Below, one piece after another: positions 1 through 12,700 of a stretch of DNA of 64,000 nt. Source of the stretch: Octopus sinensis (Eukaryota); the NCBI RefSeq assembly GCF_006345805.1, contig NC_042997.1, forward strand, positions 206,522,001-206,586,000. Direction: 5' to 3'. Under the pieces are notes generated by a model that made no database searches, was not told the origin of the DNA, and was given only the letters and a program-made list of their open reading frames with translations. The stretch's first letter is position 1. Each line of letters opens with the position of its first letter. Position numbers and translations under genes: made by a program.

Positions 1-71
1 ATGAAGCCTTCCGGCTTCACAGACCCCAGTTAAACCGTCCAACCCATGCTAGCATGGAAAACGGACGCTAA

Positions 72-106
<35 letters not shown>

Positions 107-211
107 ATATATATAACGGGAAGGTTTACGAAAATAAACAAAAGACGAAGGCAGGTGGAATACAAACAAACAATGTATTAGTATGGTGCTCAGGAATAGA
201 AATAAAACAAG

Positions 212-250
212 TCTTTTACGTTTCGAGCCTACGCTCTTCGACAGAAAGAT
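212..250 (-). ncRNA. Minimal hammerhead-ribozyme-like motif in a Penelope-like terminal fragment (variant core)
   Basis: Minus strand reads UCUUU-CUGUCGA-A-GAGC GUAG GCUC-GAAAC-GUA-AAAGA: stem II GAGC/GCUC, stem I UCUUU/AAAGA, palindromic ACGU stem III. A6 of the CUGANGA core is U. Confidence 0.55.
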
Positions 251-666
251 ACACAGAAAAGAAACAAGGAAAGAAAAAAATTGCGTGTAGGGGCTAACGA
301 TCCAACATGGCGTATATATATATATATATATATATATATCTGAGGCCATCATCATCATCATAATCTTTTAACATCTGTTTTCCATGCCAGAAATGGGTTG
401 GATGGTTTGATGTCAGTGCTCTTATGTCTGCTTTGGTAGGAGTTCATCATCACACCCACTAGCACCACCATCACAACCATTATCTCACCAACACCCCCAC
501 TACAACAATTACTAGACTACAGTGCTGTGTTTTATATTTCAATATTTGTTGTCTAAACCCCAAAATTAGTCAAAATATTCCTGCTTTGTTTTTTTTTAAC
601 TTTCAACAGAAAGGGTTCATAATTTTATTTTAATTCTGAAATATTTGATTTCTATTTGAACTTTAG

Positions 667-800
667 AACCAATCCCAGATACATGGTCACCAATGGAAGA
701 CGAGGAATTAATTAAAATCGTTCCAGTCACAAAAGGACCAGAATATGATGACATCCAGGCCACTTTCCGTCGGAATTTGCCTTCCTATCGTATAATCAAA
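667..800 (+). CDS. Gene A PARP domain exon 1 (EPIPDTWSPMEDEELIKIVPVTKGPEYDDIQATFRRNLPSYRIIK)
   Basis: ctttAG acceptor at 665-666, GT at 801; open frame; paralog of 12513-12646; resembles the start of PARP14/15 catalytic domains. Confidence 0.85.
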
Positions 801-1189
801 GTTTGTATTTTTACTTCTGTTTATAAACAATATTTGATGGTTTATTGTTAAAACAAAATGTTAAGAGACATTTTCTTTGTATAAAAGACTTAAATCTCAT
901 AGTATGAACCTATTTTGGGATGGTTTTATGTGTTTTTGGATATTCACAAGAAATCTTTGCTCAACAAAAATACCTCTGCTTTAACTTCTTGCATTGAATT
1001 GTAAATGCAACACCATTTTGCAGCTAAACTATTATGCCTTACCAAAATTTACGGTTGAATCAAAATTGGTATCAAATAAAAAAGAAAAAAACAAGCAGAT
1101 AGGGTTGGGGATTTTCACCACAAACGTTATTTCCTTGTCAAAGAAGAGAATTGATTGTCTTTTCATAAATGTATTTTCCTTTTCTACAG

Positions 1190-1367
1190 ATTGAGAGAAT
1201 TCAAAATAAAACATTGTACCAGGGATACCAATCATTGAAAAGAAAGTTTGAGGCAGAAAATCCAAACATTACAAATGAAGTTGATGGCCTTTGGCATGGT
1301 ACTGCTGAAGGAGCTGTTAAGGGAATAAATAAATCAGGATTCAACCGTAGCTATTGTGGTAGAAATG
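1190..1367 (+). CDS. Gene A PARP domain exon 2 (IERIQN...LWHGTAEGAVKGINKSGFNRSYCGRNG)
   Basis: tttctacAG acceptor, GTAAGT donor at 1368; IERIQN, WHGT (catalytic His) and GFNRSY motifs. Confidence 0.92.
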
Positions 1368-2204
1368 GTAAGTATATTATAATCAACATCATCATCCTCA
1401 TCTACCCACCCTTCCTATTGTCCTGAGCTGGACAGTCACTCTCCACATTGATTGCTGTTTAGAATCCTTTCTCACACAGAGAGGATGTCATGTTGCTCAC
1501 ACATTCCATGTTTGGCATCGTTTCTACTGCCAGGTCCCCTTCCTAACATCTTCTGCTCTAGAGTAAACCAGGTGTATTTTATTATTGTGGAACCAACACT
1601 TTTATTTGGATTGGGAGGAAGGGTCTGTCCCCATCCATTAATGTTCCTCTTGAACCTTTGTAAATGAAAATATTGCAGGAAAGATAAGAGAAGGGGTGGA
1701 ATTTCAGAGGGATAATGTTATAGGAAGAAGGAAAAAGTTTAGTGGAGAGTCTGCAGGACTAGACAGAAATATCAACAAGCGAACACCAGGCCTAGCAATC
1801 ACCATTCTGAGTGTGTCAATTCTAGATATACTGAGATAATCAATCCAGTGTTGTTAACTCTCATTGAAATATTCAATGTCTGCTACGGCCTAGAAATTGG
1901 TTAAGGGACATTTAATAACTGTACAGAAATCTGATAAACCAGCAGAGGTCACTCCATTTAGATATCTCAAACGACCCTCTCTCACTAACTCTTTTATCAT
2001 CTTTTGGAATTAGATTTGGATGTGTTTGGTGAATATGGATATGGGGTGAGAAGAGTGGGGTTCCACAAAATGCCACCCAAACAAGTTCAGTGGTAAATAT
2101 TGGCAAGGGATAGGCTCTCCCAATGATAAAACATCATTTCCTGAAACCTGTTTGATGTCACATGGTGTCGTGTGATGACGGAATGTCTTAGATTCAAAGA
2201 GATA

Positions 2205-3190
2205 AGCTCAATATCTCGTGTGACCACTATTATTGTTGATTACTACCCGGCATCTTCTGCACATTGAATGCACCAAACGATTGATGAAAGCCATGGGGAT
2301 AGCAGCTGACACTGTTAAAACTTGCAGTGAGTTGTCTCTGAGTTTTCGGTCTTGGACAGGTGTCATTTAGCCTTCTTTGGGGTTTCATCCCACAGGTGCT
2401 CTATAGGGTTTGAGTCTGGACTGAAGCCAGTGTCTGGATGTTGATGTTGTTGGAGGAAGCCTGTTGTCAACCTGGCAGTATGGTCACGGGAATTGTTATG
2501 TCAGAACATGTAATTCCAACAACAGGCAAAGTATGGCACAATGTGAGGCCTCCAAATTTGGTCAATATAGCAAGCAGCAGTTACTCCATTTCCTCAGCCT
2601 TCACCAATGTTTCGGAAGACCACCAGTTCAGGTTTATGGTTGAGTGCAATCTTGCCCCTTGCCATGATGCTCTGTCTTCCCTATGAGTATCACTCCACAA
2701 TACAGCCTTTGGCATGACATTCCCCCCTTCTCTTCCAAATGCCAGCTCTGCTGTCTTCCAGAGAAATGCAATATCGACTTTTGTCAGACAAGACTACACT
2801 CCTCCACTACTCATGTTGCCAGCTCTGACGTTTTTGCAGCTCACTGCAGATGTACCCATCAATAATGATCTGTGAGGATGTGGATCCTAGCTGGACTTTG
2901 GTGAGTCAAATTGAAAGGTCTCAGCACAAATGGGTCTGTGGTGAGTTCCTTTGCTCTGCCTAGCTGATTCCATTGCCCTACAGAATCAGTGCTGTCGGTG
3001 CTGATGACAGTCATGACATGTTGTAACCCTTGGTCGGCCACTATGTGGATGATTATCAGCCATTCAGTTGTCCAAATACTGCAGTTCAAGTCATTAGCAA
3101 TGACCTATGGACGTTGACCAGTATGGAGACATCTGATGGCTTGCTCCCTCTGATTTCATGTCAGTCTTGTTACACTTGCTGCATTTGGGA
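2205..3190 (-). mobile_element. Decayed Tc1 transposase in a gene A intron (duplicate of the above with extra deletions)
   Basis: Reverse complement of about 10075-11090, lacking segments of about 32 and 9 bp; a further ~47-bp segment is missing at its edge. Confidence 0.85.
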
Positions 3191-3491
3191 GTCGACGTTC
3201 TGGCCCTGCATCATGCTTTGCATAAAGATGCGTTCGTGAGCATTACCATATTCACGAGAAGTGAGCGAATTTGAACCCTAAATGCAATCCTTGTGTTTTC
3301 AAAAGAGAGTGGTGTTGTGGGTCAGTGACATCTTCCTGATGTCAAATTACCTAGAATTGTGATAAAATCTATATAATCTCAATGTCGTGAAACAAATAAT
3401 CTTTTACAGTGTGATGTGTTTATATTATAACTGTATCAAGGAATTTCCGAAACACTCCAAATATATATATATTTTTTCTTTCTGTTCTTAG

Positions 3492-3754
3492 GTGGATATG
3501 GTAAAGGTGTCTATTTTGCCAAAAACATCCAATATTCTGCAGATGATAACTATTCTCCTCCTGACCATCACAAAATAAAGAGAATATACCAATGCAGTGT
3601 TCTTGTGGGAAGAATGATACAAGGACACCCAGGATTAAAAGTTTTACAGGATCCTTACAATTCTGCTGTTAATAATATTCAAAGACCCTTTATTTATGTT
3701 ACTTTCGATGACTCTCAAGCATATCCTAATTATTTGATTACATTCTCTAATTGA
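3492..3754 (+). CDS. Gene A PARP domain terminal exon (GYGKGVYFAK...PFIYVTFDDSQAYPNYLITFSN*)
   Basis: ttcttAG acceptor at 3490-3491; YGKGVYFA and QAYPxYLITF motifs; TGA at 3752-3754; phase fits exon 2. Confidence 0.92.
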
Positions 3755-4124
3755 AATTAAGACTTTTGTAATGCTTTGAGCTGAGATTGGTAATTCTAAA
3801 GCCATTCACATTTCTATCCTTAAAATTATTAAAACTAACACTCTTCAAATTTATAACGCTAACAATATTTGAATTTGTAACACAAAACTATTCTGATTCT
3901 TCTTTTTTTTATTCTTTTACTTGTTTCAGTCATTTGACTGTGGCCATACTGGTGCACTGCCTTTAGTCGGGCAAATCAAACCCAGGACTTATTCTTTGTA
4001 AGCCTGGTACTTATTCTATTGTTCTCTTTTGCCAAACCGTTAGGTTGCGGGGATGTAAACAAACTAGCATCAGTTGTTAAGCAATGTTGGGGGGATAAAC
4101 ACAGACACACAATCTTATACACAC

Positions 4125-4168
<44 letters not shown>

Positions 4169-5619
4169 TAAATAAGGGTAGAAATTGATATTAATCAATT
4201 AAAACTAGTAGCCTAGCATATTTCAAAAATCCAAAGATTAAAGATATTGTTTACATACAAAATTTAAAGGACTGACCATTAAAAGTGGACAGTCTATATG
4301 CTAGATATAAACGTCAAAATCGCTATTTTCCACAAAGAATGTGTTCTCAAGAAAAAACTCAGCAAAAAACCAAAGTGTAAAAATAAGCAAGACAAATGAA
4401 AATATACGAAATAAAAAACGATTACCTATGTACTAATTAGTTTCACTTGTTAATATCCACGTATATGTACATGTGAACATCTGCAAGATCATCAGCATAG
4501 TCATAGAGAAGGTGAAGACTATTCAGTTGCTTTGAACTGCTAGAAGATTTTGAGAAGAATGAACAATTGAAAGGAGAGAAAGATTTTCTATTTATAGAAA
4601 TTGGGGTTAAATAGATGTCAAAGTTCCATATAAAGAAATTGAGGTAGAGAGAAAAGGGTTGTCACACTACAGATGCCTTTTACTACTATTTGGTAAACAG
4701 ATTTAGCATTAGGAAAACTAGGTTAGCATCAAATGGTTATAATGATTATAATGACCACTCATAGAGAAAGCAGAGATTTTTTTAAAAACTTATATACATC
4801 ACCTTTATAATTAGCTGATAGGTTTTGAGTATTTTGATACATTAGATTAAAGGAGAAATTATAGATCTAAAATTTATTCAATTTAGAGAAAAATCTATCA
4901 CTTATTATGAGTAGGCATAATACTTATTAATTGGGGACAAAATTCTTATTAATTATTAGTGACATATGAAGAAGGAATTTTTATATTCCAAAATATTATA
5001 TCAGACTATGAATATTATATCAGACTATGAATTTTCATATCAATTATAACATTTATTATAGTCCACTCTGCATTGTTGTGCCATTCAAGACATGTTATAT
5101 TTCACAAATATATATATATCTAGTGAGTCAGATGTCCTGTTATGGCCATCTCTTATGTGTTTAAATGTACACTGTATTAATATATATATGAGAATGCATG
5201 TTTAGTGATTACACATGATTGAATATACAAGGAAAGAAATAAGATGAAAAAACACAGATTTGTTTCATGAAACTGTGGTAAAAGTATTATAGAATAATAT
5301 ACAAAATAAGATTTTTTCCCTCTGATAAACCAACAGGTTTCACTGTAGTTTTTCAAATTTTGAGTATTAAATGCATTATGAAAGGAGAAATTTTGTTTGT
5401 TAAGGGGTAGATAATTGGTATTTTGAGTAAAGGGGAGGTAATTCTGTAATTTATATTCAGTTCTGGCTTATATTTTCAAGAAAAATGAGGCCTCTTTATA
5501 TTTAGTTGCACTTGTATAATTTTCAATATGGACTTATATTTAGTTCTTGCTTATATTTCTTCACTAAATGAGCCCCCTTAATTTAGTTACATTTGTGTTA
5601 AGGTCCAAAAAACACATTG

Positions 5620-6480
5620 ATATAATTGGAAGATTAAGAATTGTGGTTGCAGTTGTTCTGCACATCTATGAATGGGTTCACTGAGATGTATCTGGCGATA
5701 TTGTGGGGAACAAATCTATTGCCTGTGGACTGTACATCCACGTCTAAGAGCCATCCCTGTGGAAACTGTATAGTTTTTATGGCAGCCCCAGCTTCTGGTG
5801 ACATAAAGAAGGTTTTGGGAGGTGCGAGAGAAATTGGATTTAATTTTGAATTTTTGCCCTTGTTTAAACTGGAATTCTGATCCTTCCAAAAGATTGAAAC
5901 ATGTTCTGCATTTTTTTTACTCCTGTGTCTGTTATTCTTGAGAATAATTTAGCATTTGTGACGATCTTCTTTAATGTCTTTGATTGTCTATTGCTTTTAA
6001 TGATCTTATGTATATGCAGAATTTCCTTCAGTTTGGGGCCCTTATGGAGTATTGGGAGATTTTAAATGCTTCATTGTTTCTGGGGTTGTGTATGGATATA
6101 TAGGTTAGTATTTTTAGAGTAGGTGTGCGACTTTCCTTAATGTTTTTATGTCAATCAATTTTACATGTTTAATCCCATCACCTATGAGCAGAATTGGGTA
6201 GTGTACATTTTTAAGCTCTTGCAGTCTTAGTTCTTTGGTATTTTTTCCATCACTATGGTGCAAATCCTTCTTGCAGGGTTGAAGGGAATATTTGTTTTAA
6301 TATGTCTTGGGTGGCACAAGCTAAATAATAGGTATTGTTTAATGTCTGTATTTTTGTAAAATATGTCCCTTTCTATTTTTTGTGTATCTTTTTAAAACCA
6401 GTATGTCTAGGAATGGGAGTTCCTCTTGGTTGTTTTGCAGTGGGTTTGGAGGTCGGATACATTAAATACACATAAAAAAA
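5620..6480 (-). mobile_element. Penelope-like element remnant (RT C-terminus and GIY-YIG)
   Basis: Minus-strand NQEELPFLDILV near 6400-6430 and degenerate GIY-YIG tail (YTVSTGMALRRGCTVHRQ...PQYRQIHLSE) near 5690-5780. Confidence 0.55.
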
Positions 6481-6739
6481 CCTGTGGAAAAATATTATTT
6501 CACACCAAGGTACAAATGGGTCTTATACAAAATATTTACTGCAAATTTTCCTGAAAACTTCAATTGATAAAAAAATTTCTCTTGCTTAGTAGATATTTCT
6601 TTTAGTAATTTATACATTTAGTGTGCTAGAAATAGCAGCGATCACATAGTTATTATTGTAAGGCGTTCTATTGTAAGCATTCCATACAGCCATACCAACA
6701 AAACCATTTCTTGATGTTTTTTCTTTTGTAAATTATACA

Positions 6740-7035
6740 AAGTCCCACTGCGTGGCATCTTGGGCAAGTGTCTTCTGCTATAGCCCTGGGCCGACCAATG
6801 CCTTGTGAGTGGATTTGGTAGATGGAAACTGAAAGAAGCCTGTCGTATATATGTATATATATGTATATGTGTGTGTGTTTGTCCCCCTAGCATTGCTTGA
6901 CAACCGATGCTGGTGTGTTTACGTCCCCATCACTTAGCGGTTTGGCAAAAAGAGACCGATAGAATAAGTACTAAAAGGTGGTGCTCCAGCATGGCCGCAG
7001 TCAAATGACTGAAACAAGTAAAAGAGTAAAAGAGA
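6740..7035 (+). mobile_element. tRNA-derived SINE
   Basis: Similar to the 8881-9310 SINE, with internal TA/TG microsatellite and gaaacaagtaaaagag tail. Confidence 0.75.
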
Positions 7036-7774
7036 AAAGAGAGTAGGTATATGAAAAAAAATTCATTTTATCAAAAACACACATCAAAGTTATATAGCTA
7101 TTTTGTGTAATAGCATTCATTCATTCACTAAATATTTTTTTTACACTATATATATAGAATAAAGTGGATTTTGCAACAACTTGAAATGAATAAATTGGAA
7201 ATTATCATTAATGAAAATAGAGGCAAGAGAATGTGAGAAACTGTTGCAAATGAAAACTGAAAATGTTGCGTGCAACGAATTGATATTGTTTTTAAAATCT
7301 ACTCTGCAGTGAATGAAATTTAAATTTGTGAAGAACTCATAGTTCAAATACTGAATAAACTTCAGAAATCAAAATTACAGGAAATTTCTTGGAACATGAA
7401 CTTATAAAAAAATTCAAGATGGTCAAGCCTTTAATAATAGCTTTCTTTCAGTGACTACTACATACCTAATTAATAAGCAGCTTTCCTCAATACACACACA
7501 TCATCATCATCATCATTATTTAACGACTGTTTTCCATACTGGCATGGGTTGGATGGTTCAGATGGGGTCTGGGAAGCCAGGAGACTGCACCAAGCTCCAA
7601 TCTGATCTGGCAGTGTTTCTACAGCTGGATGCCCTTCCTAATGCCAACCAATACATTAAGTCTTTCATAGGGAAGACTTAATGTATTGTAAGCTCTATTT
7701 AGCATGGCAATCATTTCAGCTTACATATGCATTACTCCGCAGTGGGTGGGGATGTGTGTGTGTGTTGTTTGTGT

Positions 7775-7820
<46 letters not shown>

Positions 7821-8330
7821 TGCACTTTGCAACATGGGAGCTGTACTGGCTTTTCAAAATGATGCTTTGAGAATCAACCTACATTTTCCATGATATTACT
7901 TGAGAATTCCAAGAAAGATGGTGAAAGTAATGGCAACAGTGTTGTGCATCCCAATAATACCTCAGTATTATACCACCAGGAGGTTGGCCATGGTCTGGTG
8001 ATTTCACTCCAAAATGCTAAGTATGAATATTCCACAGGTTTTTCCACCAATTTTCTCTGATAGCAGGCATTTAATATTTACCAGTTGGGCTCTGCCTGAT
8101 CATATGGATGGGGTTTTGGTAAGCGTAAAGGAATCTTTTTCTTCTAAGAATCACATTTCCAAAATCAGCAGACAGTCTCAAAATTGGTTTATACTTTTTA
8201 TTTTTAAATATAATACAAAATAACAGAACTTTGACTGGATTTGAACTTGCAGCCTTCATTTTATTGTAAGCAATAATTACATTTAATGTAACAAAAAAGG
8301 AAAATGTCAAAATATATTCAATTATTTTAG

Positions 8331-8880
8331 CATCAGAAATCTGAATAGTTTTCCTGTTACAAATCTGAATAGTTTTCCTGTTACAAATCTGAATAGTTTT
8401 ATTGTTACAAATTCAAATATTGTTATTGTTACAAATTTGAATAGTTTTAGTGTTACAAATTTGAATAGTGGTAGTAATACAAGTTTCAATAGTTTTAATG
8501 TCACAAATCTGAATAATTTTCCTGTTACAAATCTGAATAATTTTCCTGTTACAAATCTGAATGCTTTTAATGTTACAAATTTGAATAGTGTTAGTGATAC
8601 AAATTTCAATAATTTTTGTGTTACAAATTCAAATATTGTTAATGTTACAAATCTGGATAGTTATATTGTTACAAATTTGAACAGTGTTAGTGTTACAAAT
8701 GTGAACAGTGTTAGCGTTAAAAATTCAAATAGGTTTAATTATTACATATTTGAAGTTTTAGTGTTACTCTTTTGAAAAGTGGTAGTGATACATTTTTTAA
8801 TAGTTTTAATGTTACAAATCTTAACTGACACAAATGTGAATAATTTTTATATGAATGCTTTTAATGTTACAAATTTGAAT
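8331..8880. repeat. 24-bp minisatellite (consensus GTTACAAATCTGAATAGTTTTCCT)
   Basis: About 17 recognisable units to about 8730, degenerate to 8880; related units resume at 9316-9420 after the SINE. Confidence 0.92.
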
Positions 8881-9314
8881 AGGTGCTGGAGTGGCTGTGT
8901 GGTAAGTTGCTAGCTTACCAGCCACGTTATTCCAGGTTCAGTCCCACTGGGTGGCACCTTGGGCAAACGTCTTCTACTATAGCCTTGGTCCAACCAAAGC
9001 CTTGTGCATGGATTTGGTAGATGGAAACTGAAAGAAGCCCAACATTATATAGATGGATATGTATGTATGTATGTGTGTGTGTGTGTGTGTTGTGTTTGTG
9101 TGTCTGTGTTTATCCCCCCAACATTGTTTAACAACTGATGCTAGTTTGTTTACATCCCCGCAACCTAACGGTTTGGCAAAAGAGAACAATAGAATAAGTA
9201 CCAGGCTTACAAAGAATAAGTCCTGGGTTTGATTTGCCCGACTAAAGGCAGTGCACCAGTATGGCCACAGTCAAATGACTGAAACAAGTAAAAGAAGAAA
9301 AAAAAGAAGAATCA
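8881..9314 (+). mobile_element. Full-length tRNA-derived SINE inserted in the minisatellite
   Basis: tRNA-like head (ggagtggctgtgtggtaag...ggttcagtccc), internal microsatellite, A-rich tail; possible GAATAG target duplication at 8877-8882 and 9315-9320. Confidence 0.8.
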
Positions 9315-9451
9315 GAATAGTTTTGTGTTACAATTCAAATATTGTTAGCGTTATAATTTGAAGAGTGTTAGTTTTAATAATTTTAAGGATAGAAATGTGA
9401 ATGGCTTTAGAATTACCAATCTCAGCTCAAAGCATTACAAAAGTCTTAATT

Positions 9452-9714
9452 TCAATTAGAGAATGTAATCAAATAATTAGGATATGCTTGAGAGTCATCG
9501 AAAGTAACATAAATAAAGGGTCTTTGAATATCATCAACAGCAGAATTGTAAGGATCCTGTAAAACTTTTAATCCTGGGTGTCCTTGTATCATTCTTCCTA
9601 CAAGAACACTGCATTGGTATATTCTCTTTATTTTGTGATGGTCAGGAGGAGAATAGTTATCATCTGCAGAATATTGGATGTTTTTGGCAAAATAGACACC
9701 TTTACCATATCCAC
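9452..9714 (-). CDS. Gene B PARP domain terminal exon
   Basis: Reverse complement of 3492-3754 with 3 nt differences (one silent; NN versus DD); same acceptor and stop. Confidence 0.92.
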
Positions 9715-12700
9715 CTAAGAACAGAAAGAAAAAAAATATATATATTTGGAGTGTTTCGGAAATTCCTTGATACAGTTATAATATAAACACATCACACTGT
9801 AAAAGATTATTTGTTTCACGACATTGAGATTATATAGATTTTATCACAATTCTAGGTAATTTGACATCAGGAAGATGTCACTGACCCACAACACCACTCT
9901 CTTTTGAAAACACAAGGATTGCATTTAGGGTTCAAACTCGCTCACTTCTCGTGAATATGGTAATGCTCACGAACGCATCTTTATGCAAAGCATGATGCAG
10001 GGCCAGAACGTCGACTCTTTTGGGTGTAAGAGGCACCCAAGTTCTCCAGCCTATCATTCATTTCCCAAATGCAGCAAGTGTAACAAGACTGACATGAAAT
10101 CAGAGGGAGCAAGCCATCGGATGTCTCCATACTGTTCAACGTCCATAGGTCATTGCTAATGACTTGAACTGCAGTATTTGGACAATTGAATGGCCGAGGG
10201 AATGAGATAGTGCCACAAACAACATGGATAATCATCCACACAGTGGCCGACCAAGGGTTATAACAACACGTCATGATTGTCATCTGCAGCGACAGCACTT
10301 GCAGGACTGATTCTTTAGGACAATGGAATCAGCTAGGCAGAGCATAGGAACTCACCACAGACCCATTTGTGCTGAGACCTTTCAATTTGACTCACCAAAG
10401 TCCAGCTAGGAGCCACATCCTCACAGATCATTATTGATGGGTACATCTGCAGTGAGCTGAAAAACGTCAGAGCGGGCAACATGAGTAGTGGAGGAGTGTA
10501 GTCTTGTCTGACAGAAGTCGATATTGCATTTCTCTGGAAGACAGCAGAGCTGGCATTTGGAGGAGAAGGGGGGAATGTCGTGCCAATGGCTGTATGGTGG
10601 AGTGATACTCATAGGGAAGACAGAGCATCATGGCAAGGGGCAAGATTGCACTCAACCATAAACCTGAACTGGTGGTCTTCCGAAACATTGGTGAAGGCTG
10701 AGGAAATGGAGTAACTGCTGCTTGCTATATTGACCAAATTTGGAGGCCTCACATTGTGCCATACTTTGCCTGTTGTTGGAATTACATGTTCTGACATAAC
10801 AATGCCCGTGACCATACTGCAGGTTGACAACAGGCTTCCTCCAAAACATCAACATCCAGACACTGGCTTCAGTCCAGACTCAAACCCTATAGAGCACCTG
10901 TGGGATGAAACCCCAAAGAAGGCTAAATGACACCCGTCCAAGACTGAAAACTCAGAGACAGCTCACTGCAGGTTTTAACAGAGTGTCAGCTGCTATCCCC
11001 ATGGCTTTCATCAATCGTTTGGTGCATTCAATATGCAGAAGATGCCGGGTAGTAATCAACACTAATAGTGGTCACACGAGATATTGAGCTTATCTCTTTG
11101 AATCTAAGACATTCCATCATCACATGACACCATGTGACATCAAACAGGTTTCAGGAAATGATGTTTTATCATTGGGAGAGCCTGTCCCTTGCCAATATTT
11201 ACCATTGAACTTGTTTGGGTAGCATTTTGTGGAACCCCACTCTTCTACTCACCCCATATCCATATTCACCATACACATCAAAATCTAATTCCAAAAGATG
11301 ATAAAAGAGTTAGTGAGAGAGGGTCGTTTGAGATATCTAAATGGAGTGACCTCTGTGATGGTACCTCTGCTGGTTTATCAGATTTCTGTACAGTTATTAA
11401 ATGTCCCTTAACCAATTTCTAGGCCGTAGCAGACATTGAATATTTCAATGAGAGTTAACAACACTGTATTGATTATGTCAGTATATCTATAATTGACCCA
11501 CTCAGAATAGTGATTGTTAGGCCTGGTGTTCACTTGTTGATATTTCTGTCCAGTCCTGCCGACCCACCACTACACCCAGTCCTTCTTCCCCAAAACATTA
11601 CCCCTCTGGAATTCCACCCCTTCTCTTATCTTTCCTGCAATATTTTCATTTACAAAGGTTCAAAGGGAACATTAATGGATGGGGACAGACCCTTCCTCCC
11701 AATCCAAATAAAAGTGTTGGTTCCACAATAATAAGATACACCTGGTTTACTCTAGAGCAGAAGATGTTAGGAAGGGGACCTGGCAGTAGAAACGATGCCA
11801 AACATGGAATGTATAAGCATCATGGCATCCTCTCTGTGTAAGAAAGGATTCTAAACAGCAATCAATGTGGAGAGTGACTGTCCAGATCAGGACAATAGGA
11901 AGGGTGGGTAGAGGACACCACTGCTGCCACTTCGAGAATATTTACTTACCATTTTTACTACAATATCTACAGTTGAATCCATATCTATTTATTCTCTCAA
12001 CACATTCTGCAGTAGTACCATGCCAAAGGCCATCAACTCCAATTTTAACCTTAGGATTTTCTGCCTCAAATTGTTCTTTCAATGCTTTGTATCTCTGGCA
12101 TAATGTTTTATTTTGAATTCTCTCAATCTGTAGAAAAGGAAAATACATTTATGAAAAGACAATCAATTCACTTCTTTGACAAGAAATAACATTTGTGGTG
12201 AAAATCCCCAACCCTATCTGCTTTTTTTTTTCTTTTTTATTTGATACCAATTTTGATTCAACTGTAAATTTTGGTAAGGCACAATAGTTTAGCTGCAAAA
12301 TGGTGTTGCATTTACAATTCAATGCAAGAAGTTAAAGCAGAGGTATTTTTGTTGAGCAAAGATTTCTTGTGAATATCCAAAAACACATAAAACCATCCCA
12401 AATAAGTTCATACAATGAGATTTAAGTCTTTCAACACAAACAAAATGTCTCTTAACATTTTGTTTTAACAATAAACCATCAAATATTGTTTATAAACAGA
12501 AGTAAAACAAACTTTGATTATACGATAGGAAGGCAAATTCCGACGGAAAGTGGCCTGGATGTCATCATATTCTGATCCACTTGTGACTGGAACGATTTTA
12601 ATTAATTCCTCGTCTTCCATTGGTGACCATGTATCTGGGATTGGTTCTAAAGTTCAAATAGAAATCAAATATTTCAGAACAAATATAAGAATATTGTTGA

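Larger units (their letters stand above)
550..4110 (+). repeat. Arm A of an inverted duplication (partner about 9105-12750)
   Basis: Colinear reverse-complement match over exons, introns, the Tc1 remnant, 3' flank and half of a SINE. Identity is high from about 635 and decays upstream. Confidence 0.95.

Noticed and set aside
8331-8880. Regular repeats resembling a CRISPR array
   Set aside because: Contiguous tandem units without unique spacers, in eukaryotic DNA with no cas genes.
8881-8960. tRNA-like A and B boxes
   Set aside because: Head of a SINE continuing into the SINE body; no complete cloverleaf.
9750-11400. Terminal inverted repeats for the Tc1 remnant
   Set aside because: The candidate tacagttat motifs are in direct rather than inverted orientation, so element ends could not be defined.
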